From Sphaerodactylus townsendi (Eukaryota): a stretch of 64,000 bases of DNA. Within the stretch, counting starts at the first letter, position 1; each line of letters opens with the position of its first letter. A program made the translations under genes and the position numbers. Shown piece by piece: positions 13,601-27,619 of the stretch. Below the pieces are notes generated by a model. The model was not told the origin of the DNA and ran no database searches. It was given only the letters and a program-made list of their open reading frames with translations. Location of the stretch: positions 119,784,001 through 119,848,000 of the forward strand of contig NC_059428.1 in NCBI RefSeq assembly GCF_021028975.2, read 5' to 3'.

Positions 13601-13882
13601 AATGCTGAATAAGTGATAGATAAATGACAGATAAATATTCATACTGGGAGTAATTGTGAGCATTAAAATACTGGAAAATGATTGTGGCAGACATTTCAGC
13701 CAATATAGCCAGTTTTAAAATCACTTCTATACCAGATTTGATAGAGATAAAACATGTTGTCCGAGAAGTATTCCCTGTCTTGGTGCTGTAATGTGGTTTC
13801 GGGCTGTCATTATGTTCGCGCTTAGTTAGTATTCTCCTGACGTTTAGCCTGCATTCTGTGAAAACTGAGCATCTTCAGAGGA
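10654..13882 (+). repeat. Duplicated segment, copy 2 (indel-rich; probable raw long-read artefact)
   Basis: About 12% longer than copy 1 through many scattered 1-3 nt insertions. Confidence 0.9.
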
Positions 13883-14007
13883 TGCCAGAAGCACAGATGG
13901 TGGCAAAAAACGTTCAGGAGAGAATGTTACTTAGAACACGGGACTTGCCACTCCCAGGAATTCATAGCTACCCAAGTGATTCCGGCCGTGAAAGCCTTCG
14001 ACAATAC
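13880..14007 (+). mobile_element. Penelope pLTR 3' end, opposite orientation to 10093-10190
   Basis: ...cccaagtgattccggccgtgaaagccttcgacaatac, followed by attccctgtctt, the 12-mer that also precedes the element at 10081-10092. Confidence 0.8.
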
Positions 14008-15331
14008 ATTCCCTGTCTTATTTTCAAGAGCTGGTTCTATATGCAGTAACAACTGTTCATATTGTTTACACCAGGTATTGGAGGAAAAGTTCTTCCCCCA
14101 GCAAAGGAGGATGGTTAGAGAAACTAAATTAAATGTTTTATATGGGTAGTCTGTTATTATTGAAATTGATTCTGCATATTGAATTTAAATGTTTTTAGAT
14201 GTTTTAAGTAACATTGGTTTTTATTATATTGTGAACCGCCTAGGGCCCTTTGGGGATCAGGCAGACTACAAGATCTAATAAACAAATAAACAAATAAACA
14301 AACAAACAAATAAATAAATAATTAAATAACACATACTCAAACTGACAGATTATTTCAAATCTTTAAAAAGGCATCTTGAAACAAATGGTCAATCAGATGG
14401 ACCCTTAACTATCATTTATAAGTATGATACTTTATCCTTTTTAATTTTCTTGATTTTCACTGACAAAAAAGAAGATGAAAACACATTACATATTTACTAT
14501 GGTCTGTGTATGTGGCATATGGAACAGTCCCTACACCCAACTACTTGATACAAGCACATGGGAATGTTGCCTTCCATTTGGATAGGGATTTCTATGTATA
14601 TTCTCCTCCAACTTTGGTTACTCGCAGATGCAGGTTACCCATATTTGGAACTTGATAAATTTATACTCAGACAAATTCTCCTTTTGTTCATGATAACGGT
14701 CTTGCAATGTATTTGTATGGCTGCCATTTAGGAAGATGGGAAATAGGCATCTACTGAGCCCTAAGGGAATTCTCTGCATGTAGAACTACATTCCTGATTA
14801 GACTGGATTGCACTCAGGTGACAATCTATCATGAACCATAAGGGCAAGGCACTCAGGCAAACAGATCTTTCAGCAGCTTACCTTTCCCCAGAAACCCCGC
14901 CGGTCAGTTCTGCAAGTCAGAGAGAGTCATGGTTCAGTGGAACAGCATCTGCTTTAAATGTAGAATGTCTCAGGTTCAATTCCTGATATCACCAGATTTG
15001 AAGGTCAGGCAGTATGTCATATGGAAGACCCTGGAGAGCTGCTGCTGGTTAAAGTAAGAAATATGTATCATGATGGATCAACAATCTGAATCATCATAAG
15101 GCAGTTCCATTTGTCAATTTGGCCAAGATGTCATGGAGTTGAAGAGAGGACATCAGGCTAATTCACACTCTCCAGCTACTTCTACTAGTGGAGATGGTGC
15201 GGTGGAGCAAACTTTAAATTTATGTAAGAGGTAGGAGGGTGGTCATCACCTGATTCTCCCTTCCCATTATAGCTACTTGTATCATGGTAGTTTATCCGCA
15301 AGGATCTCTTGACACCCATTATTAGTTACGG

Positions 15332-15477
15332 CCATGGTGGCGAACCTTTGGCACTCCAGATGTTATGGACTACAATTCCCATCAGCCCCTGACAGCATGG
15401 CCAATTGGCCGTGCTGGCAGGGGCTGATGGGAAATGTAGTCCATAACATCTGGAGCACCAAAGGTTCATCACCACTG
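15332..15477. mobile_element. hAT palindromic MITE
   Basis: Long internal palindrome; TSD agttacgg / agttaggg. Confidence 0.8.
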
Positions 15478-15689
15478 AGTTAGGGTGTTTTAACAGGGTG
15501 CTAGAAGAATAGGGAAAGCTGTGTCTTGGTGAATATCTTCTACCCAGGATTCATACGATCCAATTCATAATGTTCAAATAATGTATATCAAATGATATAT
15601 GCAACGTTTGCTAGAAATTAATACTGCTGATCTCACACAAGTTTCATGAGGTTTGCTCTTTTTTCCCCTCTGTCCAATAACATGGTCAA

Positions 15690-16480
15690 TCTGGCTACCT
15701 GGATTCATGCCATGGGAACCTGGACTATTCTACAAAGGTGTCCCCTCAAAATGGTCTTGGAAGCAATAGTTGGTGCAGAACACCACCACTGAGTAATTAT
15801 CAGAAGCTAGACAAATCATAAATGTTAATCCCATTCTAAAGTCACTCTACTGGCTACCCATCAGTTACTGGGTACAATTCAAGGTATCATACACAAAGCC
15901 CATCATAACCTTGATCCCTCATATTTGCAGGACCGTGTCTTTCCCTATGCTCCTCCATAAAAGCTTTACTAATCCAAAAAAGGCCATCTGACGATTCTGT
16001 CTTGCAAATGGGCAAAATCAACAACTGCCTGTACCCATGCAAACTGCTGTGGTCCCCACCTTATAGAATAGCCTTCCTGAGGATATCAGAAAGACTGCCA
16101 TTCTCCTGCCTTTCTGCAGACTATCCCAAACTGAACAGATCAGGAAGACTTTTTTTACTAAAATAATTATGGCTGCATGATTTAAAAAATAAATGATAAA
16201 GATATACAGACCTTGAACGATACTATTGTGGATGGTATAGACTGTTGCTTTAAGTATGACCCTACTGTGTAATGTCTACTGTGCAATATCTACTGTGTAA
16301 ATAATGCATCATAGTAATACTTAAACTTTGTTTCATCTTTGTTTCAGTTCTGTGTTCAGATTTCTGCAATTCAAATCTTATTGCTTTGCTTATAGGATGA
16401 CCCAGATTGTACACTGCATTTGACTTACCCTGTATAATCCACCTTGAGCCTCAGTGAGAAAGACACACTATAAATAATAT
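15690..16480 (+). mobile_element. Degenerate L2 LINE 3' part
   Basis: Decayed coding for motifs like QLVQN, LKSLYWLPISYWVQFK, followed by a typical tail. Confidence 0.65.
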
Positions 16481-16580
16481 AAAGAAATGAAATAATATTT
16501 GAGAAAGTCTTCTGAGATTTCTAGATTACAGTAGCGGGACCTGAATCATGTTGGGAATCTTGAAGAAGTGGGAAAAGCAG

Positions 16581-16821
16581 CAGGGGCGTACTGCCCAGGT
16601 GGACACATGGGGGCAAATGTCCCTGGGCTGTGGCCATTTAGTCACATGGGGGCAGAAAATTGCCTCCCACCCCTCCTCCTTTCCCCTGGGTCCATACACT
16701 GACTTCAAGACCTGGTGAAAAAACGTTGTTTGGTTATGGTGGGGGAGGGTGGCCGCCCATACTGCGGGGGGACAGGACACAGATTTTGCACCCGGCTACA
16801 TTTTCCCTAGATACACCTCTG
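16581..16821. mobile_element. hAT-like MITE
   Basis: TIRs caggggcgta / tacacctctg. Confidence 0.55.
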
Positions 16822-17567
16822 GTAAACAGTGTGGACAAACATAGCACTTCTAGATTTTATTCTTCCCATGTAGTACAGCTGATATTTGCAGAGTATTTGC
16901 AGCCACAGCAACACTGAATAGTGAATTGTGTCCCTTGTTTTCTTTCACAGGGAATCAGTGAAATAAACTGAGTATATATTGGCCTTTCAAGTAAAAATAA
17001 CTATGTTGTACTTCAGTAACAATGAACTAATGACTTCAACACCAATCCCCAGAACACAGATAGCACTTGCTTCTCCCCTAAAATAATTAGTTACCATTTT
17101 TATAGCCCAATCCAAAGCATGTTTGCTGGGTAGTTTGCTGGCTAAAACTATAGTCAGGCAGCTCCCAGTTCAAATCTTGCTTCAGCCATGAATCTGTTAG
17201 GTAACCTGCCCATGTGCTATATGAGAATAATTATCACAGAGCTGTTAAAAAGACTGCTGAGGAAGTGTTTTGTTCCAAAACATTGTAAGCATACTAAGTA
17301 TGATTTCTATGTGTACACTGTAAAGTACATTGGTTTGATTTCCAAATCACTGGGTTAAGATAAATGCAGTCTGACTAAATAAATCTTGAATCTTACTATG
17401 TTATTTTATGCCAAAAGCCCACTGTGTGTGTGAGTGCAAGACAAAGGGAGAGGAGAAGTAGGAGAGGGAAATTATATAGGGTTGGATTCAGCCAGTTTCA
17501 TTCAATCTCTTTCAATTCTATAGTCCACACGTCTTTGTCCATGCAGGTCCATGAGCCCCAGACAGCC

Positions 17568-17575
17568 TGTAATGA

Positions 17576-17657
<82 letters not shown>

Positions 17658-18520
17658 TAAACTGAGAGCTGAGTTGGAGAGAGAAGCTGGGTGAGAGGGA
17701 TTTGAGAGAGCAATATGATTGGTGATTCTGGAGAGCATGCATGTGGGAGGGCTGTTCCGAACTGGCAGAAGGTGCCAGGATTTTAGAGTGAAAGGACTGG
17801 GAGTGTCAAAACTCTAGACAGAGAGAGTTAAAGCTCTGTGTGAGCATGGCAGAATGTGTTCTGAGTGAAAATGTGTTCTGAGTGGAAAAACAACAACAAC
17901 AAATGAGTAAAAGCTCTGTGTGAGCAAGTCAAAGTGTGCCTAATCTCTGTGTGAGCAAAAGTGTGCGAGAAGTCATAACGTCAAATATCTGAGGAGAGTT
18001 GGTCAGAAAGTATACAGAGAAAGTCAGAGCCTCAATAAACTGTTAGATAAAATAAAGACAACCAGTCTGAGAGGACTATGAGGGAGAAGCAGTCAGAAAA
18101 TGTCACAGTGAATTTATGTTGAGTGAAGTCGTCAGAGTATTAGTTGCCTCAATTTTATTTTATGTTATTGTGCAAATATTTTGCTTCAAACTTTGAAGTC
18201 ACCTGTCAATTATAAATCTTACTTTTTTTGAAGAAACATTGAAATCCCATCCTAATTTCCTTAGGATCAGACCATCCACCTTGCTTTATAAGCTTGTACA
18301 CACTACCAAAAGGAAATAAAGGTGTTTTTGTTTGTTTGTGGAATTTGTATTCCTGGTGAAAGCCACTGTATGAGGAAGAATTAAGGGCACAAATGTTAAT
18401 TGGAGCTTATATATTTATTTACAAAGAAAAAAAGAGTGGACATCACTTTTGGTGGCCATGGGTGGAATGGTCACTGCACAGATCTTTTGCGTACTCAGAG
18501 AGAACCCTCTTACCGTTTCA
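17568..18520 (+). mobile_element. Possible solo LTR containing a (TG)n(GA)n microsatellite
   Basis: tgtaat...tttca ends, internal short repeats (aagctctgtgtgagca), AATAAA; no TSD. Confidence 0.35.
17578..17655. repeat. (TG)n(GA)n compound microsatellite
   Basis: Directly visible. Confidence 0.95.
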
Positions 18521-19699
18521 CCAGGGAACACATGGTTGAATTAAAAGCATGACTGCACCAATACTAAGGTTTGGATCCAGTTTAAATTTTTCTCTGCCTC
18601 CTCCTCTGTAGGCCTCTGATCTTCACTGATGCTATTTCTGGGGGAATAAGAGATTTTTCAGAAAGACATGGGGTCTGCAAATTGGTGGCACAATGGTATA
18701 TTTAGGGGGAACAGAGATGGTGGATGCCCTAGGCGCTACTTTCAGGCATCATGTGGTGGATGCAAATGGGCCACTCCCCCCACCCTCTTTCAGCCACAGC
18801 CATTTGAACCACATGCCATTGCCCTCCCCAGCTCAGATGCTCACCATTCAGCCCAGGCTCAGCAATCCCCCCTTGAGCTGCCCAAGTGCAGTTGCCCATC
18901 AGCTCACCCCTTGCTGGCTGACTATCATTTTGCTATGCCCAGTCTTGCCTTTATCAAGCTTTATCAAGCTCTGCTTTCTGGCTTCAACACCCCACCACTC
19001 TTTGTGCAAGCCGGGAAGGTCAAGGGAGCATGAGGAGTGGGATGAGAAGGGAACAGAGGAGGGGCTGCTTACACAAGAAACAGTCCCATTGATCTCCCTG
19101 GAAATCAAAGTAGAATCCATCTTCCCAAAGCTTCAAAAGGAGTTCCCCAAGTTATTAAAACACTGCACAGTTGGTGACATTTTTGCATGGGGTTGGTGTG
19201 GCTGCAAAGGCATCTCCTTTTTCTACAAAGCAGAAACATGGTGATGGGAGTATGCATGGGGTTGCATACTACAGTCACACCACCTTTAGCCAGAGACAGG
19301 CAGTGTGCAACCCTCGCTGTTCTCTTGCAAACTGCAATCTCTTCCAGCCCCCAGCCCCCACCCCAAACTGATGCTGGGAGTATTTGGAGCTGCACATTTC
19401 GCAAATTACATCTCACGGTAAAAAACTAGGGGGACTTATGGAACCAGTGCTGGCATTACAAAGGGCTGATCCCACCACCCTCCCCCTCCCAGGTCCAGGC
19501 AGAGCTTGGATCCCACAGGTATCAGAGAAGACCTACCTAGATGTGGTGAGGCTTGATCAGGACTTAGTAATTTTTAAAGTTTTCTTCATGCCAGAAATAA
19601 TTTGCTTTTCTATCTCCTCCCTCCTTTTCACCACTGTTTTAACAGGCATATTGCCAGCCAAGTGAAGGAACTTACAGCCCCACAATAATTTTACTAAAG

Positions 19700-20200
19700 A
19701 GAAAACAACACACCACTTTGTATGGACAAAAACAACATGGCCATAGCCTTTTATTTAACATATTGATTCAAGGAAACAGAAGCATAAGGCACAGCATAGG
19801 GGTCTGATCCCAAGAGCTGTCCCCCAACACCCAAATTTTCCTCTAGCCCACCTGCTGAGGAAAAACCACAACACACTGGAGCAGTGATGGGAGAGACCAG
19901 ATGGCCAGTTGCCACTGCCTGGAGAGGGGCACAAGCCATAGTAGCCCACGTCTGGGCACCCAACCAATTGGCTTGCTCAACCTCAAACCTCTTATGGAGG
20001 TTCCATCAAAGCAGGTGGTTCACCAGCTCACCCACACCTAAAGATCAGTCCCCCATGTGCAACCCACCAAAGGCTACGACAAAATAACTCAAACACATAT
20101 ATAAAAGGGAGAGGGGGGTGGGCAAAGCTTCTGGCTATGAGGGACTGGCTGTGGATGCAGCTGGGCCTGGCCATATAATGGCCTGGCCAGCCCTGTCCCC
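19700..20200 (-). mobile_element. Solo-LTR-like repeat (family C)
   Basis: Reverse complement shares cagacccctatgctgtgccttatgcttc...aataaaaggctatggcc with 24630-25118 and 53250-53892. Confidence 0.55.
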
Positions 20201-23200
20201 TCTGACGTCGGACCATGCCTCTGATGTCAGAGTTGACCCTGCATGTCAGTAGCATGCATGCCCAAAGAGGGTGCAAGATCTCATGGGCTGGGGCCAGGTC
20301 CCACGAGATCAGGGAGGGGAACAGCATGTGTTTGGCTGCCCCTTCCCCATTCAGCAATGGTGGGGTGGTAAATCACAGCCACTACTTTAATGTAAGGTGA
20401 TCCAGGAAGTAGAGGGGGGCAATTTCACTGGTGTGGGTGGTGGGGCATGGTTTCACTGCTTGCCCCAGGCATCATTTTTGTAGATACCCCCTGTTGTGGA
20501 AATTGCCAGTTTGGTTAAGATCCAATCCTTAGCATTTTGTTGAAGGTCCATCATTTTCAGCTGGAGAACTATAAGCACATCCATGATTTTTTCAATGGGA
20601 TCGTTTGGGACTTGATTTTTCCCTTCAACAGATTATGCCCTCCCAATTATTATTTCATGATTAATTCGTATTCAAAATATCAATGTAGATTTAGCTTGCT
20701 GCTTTCACTTTTAGCATTGCAGGTATGGATTGTCTTCAATCCTAACATAAAATATTGTGTCTGCAGTGGGATTGATTGCAATATTTCTGTACTTGAAAAA
20801 CAATAAAAATGCTGGAAGTCATAGAAAAAAGTTTTATTTGTACTATGTGATGTATTAGTCAATTTGTGCATATCAACAGCATAACAGTAACAATGATAAT
20901 AATGGCACTCTGTTGAGAATGAAGTCCAAGCTTTGAGTTTTTCCTAATATGAACATTGGGTTAGTGCCCTATGAACAGCTACGTAGGTGACACAGTTTTA
21001 TGCACATCTAAATCTTGTTTTGTTGTTTTCTCAGAGTTCTGTAGTCAAAGTTTAGTACAATGCCAATATGTTTTCCTCTGACTATATTAACAAGACATAT
21101 ACAGTTCGAAAGATACTGTACAAATAAAAATGGACTACTGGTCAATAATTAACTGACACTGAAAAAAACTAGGGCAGACTAAAAGATCAATCCAAATTAC
21201 AGAAAGGAAAATTTCTTGGTCACAAGGAAACAATGTAAACCACATGGTATGGTCTGAAGACATTATATAGCAGGTCTAAGTGCATTTTGGGGTTTCTAAC
21301 ATGAAGTTAGGTCCTAGAGATCTCCAGAAATTACAATTGATCTACAGTTTATAGCTATCGGTTCTTCTGGAGAAAATGACTGCTTTGGAGAGTAGGTTAT
21401 GACATTATACTCTCTCTCTTTACCAAAACCTGCCCTCCTCTGGGTTTACCCCCATATATCTAATATTTTCCAGCCCAGAGTTGGCAACCCCAGTGTGATC
21501 AATGCCTGGCTGATGGACTTCCTGGAATCTGCTTGTACAATTTGTGAATCTCTATCATGGAAGATATGACTAGGTAGGAACATGTACACTTTACTCTCCC
21601 CCCTGGGTTGTGTTTAAAAGTGATCATCATTCTCAGAGGATCTCTTTACACATTACAAAGTCTTATATCTTCATATTCATTGAGTGACAGCATGAGAGCT
21701 TTGAAGCAAATGATCAGTGGGAGTGTTATGTCTCCCAGACTCATGTGTCCCTGCGTCACCTTATAACTGGGTCTTGCAGGTGGAATGGGTTTATTGAAAG
21801 CCAGTATGGCACACTAGTTAATCTGGAGAATGAGGTTTGATTCACCACTCTTTTACATGAGTGGTGGACTCTAATCTAGTGAACCAGATTTGTTTCCCTG
21901 CTCATAGACATGAGGCCTCCTGAGTAACCTAGGACTAGTCTTGAATTGAATTGTCATGAGGAGATGTTGTCATGAGGAGAGGCCATATTTGTGTCCTAGA
22001 ACAAGACCTAAAACCTCTGGATGTTCAACATGCCTAGTGAGTACATATAATTGGAATTACTGTCTCCCCTATTTTTCCAGATCCAACAGATGTAGAAATG
22101 TCATTGGAATTATTTAGTATTTACTTAGAAAAACTTGCACTCCACTGCATCATCCTTTAATTCCTGAGGTGGCTTCCATTAAATTAAGACAATCAATAAT
22201 GATACAAAATATTAAGCATATTAATTAGAACACTATAAAACAACATAAAACATGCAAGTCTCACAGTCAAATTAATTAAACCCCTCCCCTTCCCTCCCCT
22301 CCCTTGCATGCCACCCCTCCCTCCCTCCCCTCCCCCTCCCTCCGCCAGGATGCCAGGCCCCCTTTTCTCTTGTCCATTGCATGCTACCCCTCCCTCCCCT
22401 CCCCCTCCCTCCACTAGGGTGGGTGGGCCATGTTCAGATGCTGGGCCCCTGGGAAGTCTCTTACCAGAGCTAGAGTTCTGGTAGCCCTAGGGAGCATCTA
22501 TGTATCTGAAAAGCCATTGTTGGATACAGTAAACTCAATTTGATAGATCTTGGTCTGACCTAGCAAGGAAATTCTTGCATTCTTACATTTAACTTCAGGA
22601 GAAATTTACAAATAGGATGAGCCAATAGAAGAAAGTGTAGACTACCTCGCTGGAGGCTTTCAAGTGAAGACTAGACAGTTATGTGTTAGGGATGACCAAC
22701 TGGTCGGACTAGATTATCTATATAAGACCCCTCCATGATTTGACTTTGATTTTTTTAATGCTGTAAACTTAATACATTTTGCAATCTACTTTTTTACCTT
22801 AAGCATTTAAAGGACCTTAGTGTTTTGAATACTAATAAAATAGTGTAACTTTATTATCTTCTAATCAGAAAGTTGATTTCCCCCCTTCAAAACATATAGA
22901 ATAAACTTTTATTATGAAAGTAAAGGAACTTTGCATGGATGTATGGTTGTCATTAGAGGACAGAAATTCAGCAAACTAAAGGATGCTCCCAAGTATCTAG
23001 TAACATTGAGGAAGTAAGATACTGTTATTAAAATTCAAATCACGTCAGCATTTGGCTAGAATATTTGTCTGAGATACAAAAGTATCAGATTTATGGTTGA
23101 AAATTCCAAAGTTCATTCTCAAGCAATGCAAAAATTATGCAAATTAGTGTGTTGATAATGGATCCCCTCCCCCAATTTACTGCCTAAGAAACTATTTTAG

Positions 23201-24629
23201 TATAGGTCTTTCCATTCACCCAATACTAATAAGCATAGAATTATTCATTTCTGATACTACAATAAAGCAAGGCCAAGGTGAAATGAGAAGCTATTGATTA
23301 AATTCATCTCCCTATATAGCAACAGCATCTTGGAACAGGGTCATCCTATTCCTCCGCTGTCTTCATATACTGGCCATGATTCAGTACAGAGTTATGCACA
23401 GTTGGAGGACACTAAAATAAATGTGCCTAGTTCTGAATTGAATCATGGCCACTGGCTAAAAGATTATGCTTATTTTGCAATTTATTGGATGCTTTCACTG
23501 ATTGTCATGTCTGATGTCTATAAGCAGGTTGATTCTGATCTTAAAGGGGAATATGAATACACCTGAGTGCAGGGTGTATATTTCCTGATCTGAAAAAAAA
23601 AACTTGAAATATAAACAAAAGTGTCATCAGTGCCATCAGTGATAACAATTATCAGTCTGAGAGTGGGGGTGAAGGAATGAAAGACTGGATTCAGTTTTCT
23701 TTCAGATCTTACTTTTTTGACTCCTAGAAATGTATTCATGGAAGTCTTTCATGCATCTTCTTTGGGAATTATCATAAGCAAGACCATGTGTTGGTTTGTT
23801 TACAAAATTTATTTCTTGCTCTCCTACACAGTCAGGATGACTAAAATAGTGTTTATTATATTTAAGACTATGTTTGATCAGTATCCCTGTGTAGATGACC
23901 TGAGCATTAGTGTCTCACTATACAGGGAGGCAAAGGGTGTTGAGTGTTGAGTCATCTGTCTGGTGTGATCATATGTAATGCACATACCCACTGCAGAATC
24001 ACTTTTAATGGGTTATGTGCAGACACTTCTCTGTGCATGTGGAGTGTGGAGATGACTCAGTGTCCATGTGGACATAGGGCTGGGTCAGTGTGGTTGTGCC
24101 TGCTCCTCCGCCCCGCATAGTAAGCCACGGCACAGATGAGTCATCTGCACAGGGCTAGGCTGGTTAGATCCAACCCATGGAGTAAGTCAGGGCATGATTT
24201 CATAACTAGTCTTCAACATATCTGAGTTTTCTCAAGAACTGATACAACAAACAAACAATGCATCATGGCTTCTGCTGTACATTTGAATATCTAGATTCAA
24301 TTTAAATGATCTACAGTCTATGGGAGCAATCCAGAGAAGATTCTTAAAGTCCTCTGAAATCAATCTCATTTAAAAATACAATTAAATGTTTGGCAGTGCC
24401 ATCCTAAAGAGAGTTACAACCTTCTAAATCCACTGATTTAAATAGATTTAGAAGGCTGTATGCCCCCATTTAGGATTGCACTGTAAATTCCATTGGTTTC
24501 AGTAGGACTCCAGGCATTTCAGTAGGGCTGAAACCATCATTAGCAAAACAGCACACACTGAATCCAAATATGTGTGACTGAAAGGGCCCCATAAAACATG
24601 TCCCTTGCATTTTCAATACATATAAAGGA

Positions 24630-25118
24630 GGAGGGCGGGCCTTTAAAAGGTTAAGCCCTCCTTTGTGCTGGCCATGTACTTCAGCCGGCCAACAATTTGC
24701 CCACCCACCTCTCCCTTTTTTTACAGGTCTTGTTAATGCATGTTATTCTGTCATAGCCATTGGCAGTTGGCACATGGGTATTGATTTGGAAGCTAGAGAG
24801 CTATCTCTTCCCCACCCCCCTTCCGAGTGGCCAATGGTGGCAAGAGGCAACTGCATTGCCAAACAGGGCAAAAGGAGAACACCTCTTTCCAGGAGCATCC
24901 ACCTGGCCGAGTCCCTCAGCAGAGCGAAGCTCCAGTATGGGGCAGCTGCCCGTGGGAGCTTCACCATGATGCAGACATGATCAGATCAAGACCCATGCTA
25001 GGCCTCACGCTTCCGTTTTTTTTTTTGTTTAATAAAATAGCTATGGGCAATTGATTTATCCCAGCTAAGGTGTGGTTATTGGGAGAAGGTCCACCCAGGA
25101 AGTTCCCACCCTCAGACA
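24630..25118 (+). mobile_element. Solo-LTR-like repeat (family C)
   Basis: Homologous to 53340-53892; AATAAA at 25031; ends in ..gaca. Confidence 0.6.
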
Positions 25119-25845
25119 GCAAAAAGCATTTAAAGGCATAAACATATTTGCGGCAAATTTTTGCTAAAATATCATTTCCAATTATTTGATGAGCTTTATT
25201 GATATAAGTGACCCCTCTGGTGGCTAATGGTAGATCAAAACCAATGAGGTCTGGCTATATTATTATGGCTCTTTACACTTGAAGCCATGAATAAAACACT
25301 CAATTTTATTTTAATCACATTTCTAGGCTTATTAAACTTATGATATATTTAGCCTTCCTCCTTGCCCCAGAGCTGTGAGGAATTAGAAATGAGAGCATTT
25401 AAAATGGAACCTTAACGATATGCTATTTTCATAAGATTTTTTTCTATATTCCAACTGCTGTTGTAGTAATAGATTTAATATATCGGTATTATTCAAAGTC
25501 TTGATTTTTGCTTTGCCATGTGATTTTATAATTGATGCAGTGTTTCATCTAGCCCTGTAGGATTTATTCACACTTCACCAGGGCATTGTCCCAGAATGAT
25601 TCACATCTATGCATCTCATGGGCATTCAACTGTTCTGAGAAAGGCAGAAAGTAACTCTGGCACTGTTCAGCCCAGCATTCAGCCTGTTCAAACACAGGGA
25701 ACAATTGGGGCTCTGCACAGCCATAAAACTATGGCTAAAGGCTCTGCTTTGCCTCCTGTGTATCAGATGAGATGTTGGAGAGAGGCAATTAATTCTCTGG
25801 TGGAACCAAAAAAAGGTGATAGTGTATGCAGTTATTCCTCTAGCT

Positions 25846-25946
25846 CAGTGGTGGCAAACCTATGGCACTCCAGATGTTCATGGACTACAATTTCCATCAA
25901 CCCCGCCAGCATGGCCAATTGGAGTGCCATAGGTTCACCACCACTG
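25846..25946. mobile_element. hAT MITE
   Basis: TIRs cagtggtggcaaacc / ggttcaccaccactg; perfect TSD ctctagct. Confidence 0.85.
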
Positions 25947-27619
25947 CTCTAGCTGCTTCTATATCCTCTTGGTCCCCAAAAACTCACCTCAAATGACAGC
26001 TCAGGAAGGTCCCTCTTCCTGTTGTTGGGAAAATTCAACAATAGCTAGACAAGGCAGCCTGAGAAGCCGACCCCTGCCCATTGCCAGCACCTGCAGTCAC
26101 CTGAGCTGGTGGCACTGCTCTGGTAGTTGCCTCAGTGAAGAACACCTTCCCAGGGCTTCTTCTTTGCACCACTTCAGCTAGAGGTCAGGTTGGAGGAAGG
26201 CAGCTGAGGAGCAGGTCTCTGCACAGGTGGGGGGAAATACTCAGCCCTCCCCCTCCTCCCCACCCCTCTACGCTCCTCCTTTGCCATTCCACCAGTGGCA
26301 AAGTACCAGAAAATAATCAATGCAAAAAGCTCAGAGTCCCTCCACACACACACACCTTGAAAACCAGAGGTTAAAAAAATGGCACTGAGGTGAAAAAACC
26401 TACACACACAAACCCAAAAGGAAATACCTGTAAAAAACCCAGAGCCTTTCAGAAAAGGGGAAAAGCCCCCCTTTGCAACCTACTAAACACTCATGCACCG
26501 CACAACCAAACAGGAAAAGCCAACAAATTTCTCAGACCTTTCAATTATGTTTCCCCCCATCCCATACCTACAGAAGACAAGGGATTCCAAGCAAAGGATA
26601 GAAGGTGTGAAGGAAGCCCTCCTTCCAAGAAAACACAGCTTGGTGATGGGGGTGGGGGATGGGGGGGATACTGCAGAGTCACCCAAACTCACAAGCCTCA
26701 AAGAACACCCTGAAATGTATTCTTCTTTAAAAAATACAACCTCCCCCCAAACAAACTTTTTTTACAAATAAGAGGGAAAACAAATCAAACTCAAGGCAAT
26801 CAAACAGCCTTTACACTTTGCTAGGCCTGTAGCCCCCTCCCTCCAACCCACCAGCAGAACAAAGACAGTACAACAAGCAGACTGTGCAAAATAAAACAAA
26901 TTATTTTAAAATAAACCAATTAAATCAAACCACACAGTGTTTTCTGCTCCTACCGGCAGGGAATAATCACACCACTCTGTACCTGAAAGCTAAAGGATGA
27001 AAACACTCTACAGATGCCAAAAACAAATTTCAAAATGCCTTCTTTTTACGGACTGGTATACCACACAAAATATCAGGCATACACAGATACCTTTACAATA
27101 ATTAAATATGTACCAGAAAAATGTGTATTAGGCCAACTGCCTTTACACAGAAAATATGTAATAGGCAATAACACTTCTGGATTAGCTGTTATTGCACCCA
27201 GGCTTTATAAGTTTATTCTTTTTCTGGGGTGTAAATCACTATATTCAAACAAAGCTTATGTGTGTCGTCTTTCCCAGTATATGGTTCCTACTGCTTTCTC
27301 CGATCACCACTTGGTCATCAAAGGAAAGCTTTTCTTTCCTTTCAGACACCATTGCAGCAGGACCAGGTCAGGAGTGAGCCTGGGCAGCAAAGCACATTGG
27401 ATGGCCAGACTGGGCACTGTAGCTGCTGGTCCTCCCACCTTGCTTTGCAACCATGTCTGTGGGGCTGAGCTCATTGGAGTCCATGCACAGGCAGATTTGT
27501 TCTGCAGCTTCCAGCCTCCAGCATGAGCTGGAAAAGGAGGGACCTTGAGGGAGCAGGTAGATAATAAGCCCAGGCAGGGCGACACAGCACAGCTCAGTGC
27601 AGGGTGCCCAATCACCCAA

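Noticed and set aside
10892-14049. Multiple ORFs suggesting a duplicated gene pair
   Set aside because: They lie in the error-rich duplicate; frames are not preserved between copies and there is no recognisable protein
18693-19244. 183-aa ORF (also the 170-aa ORF at 27014 and the 181-aa ORF at 55740)
   Set aside because: No recognisable domain or supporting splice structure; partly overlaps decayed repeats
25208-25226. CTCF-like motif (gccaccagagggg on the minus strand; similar at ~53680)
   Set aside because: Imperfect single motif matches are expected by chance at this window size; no further support
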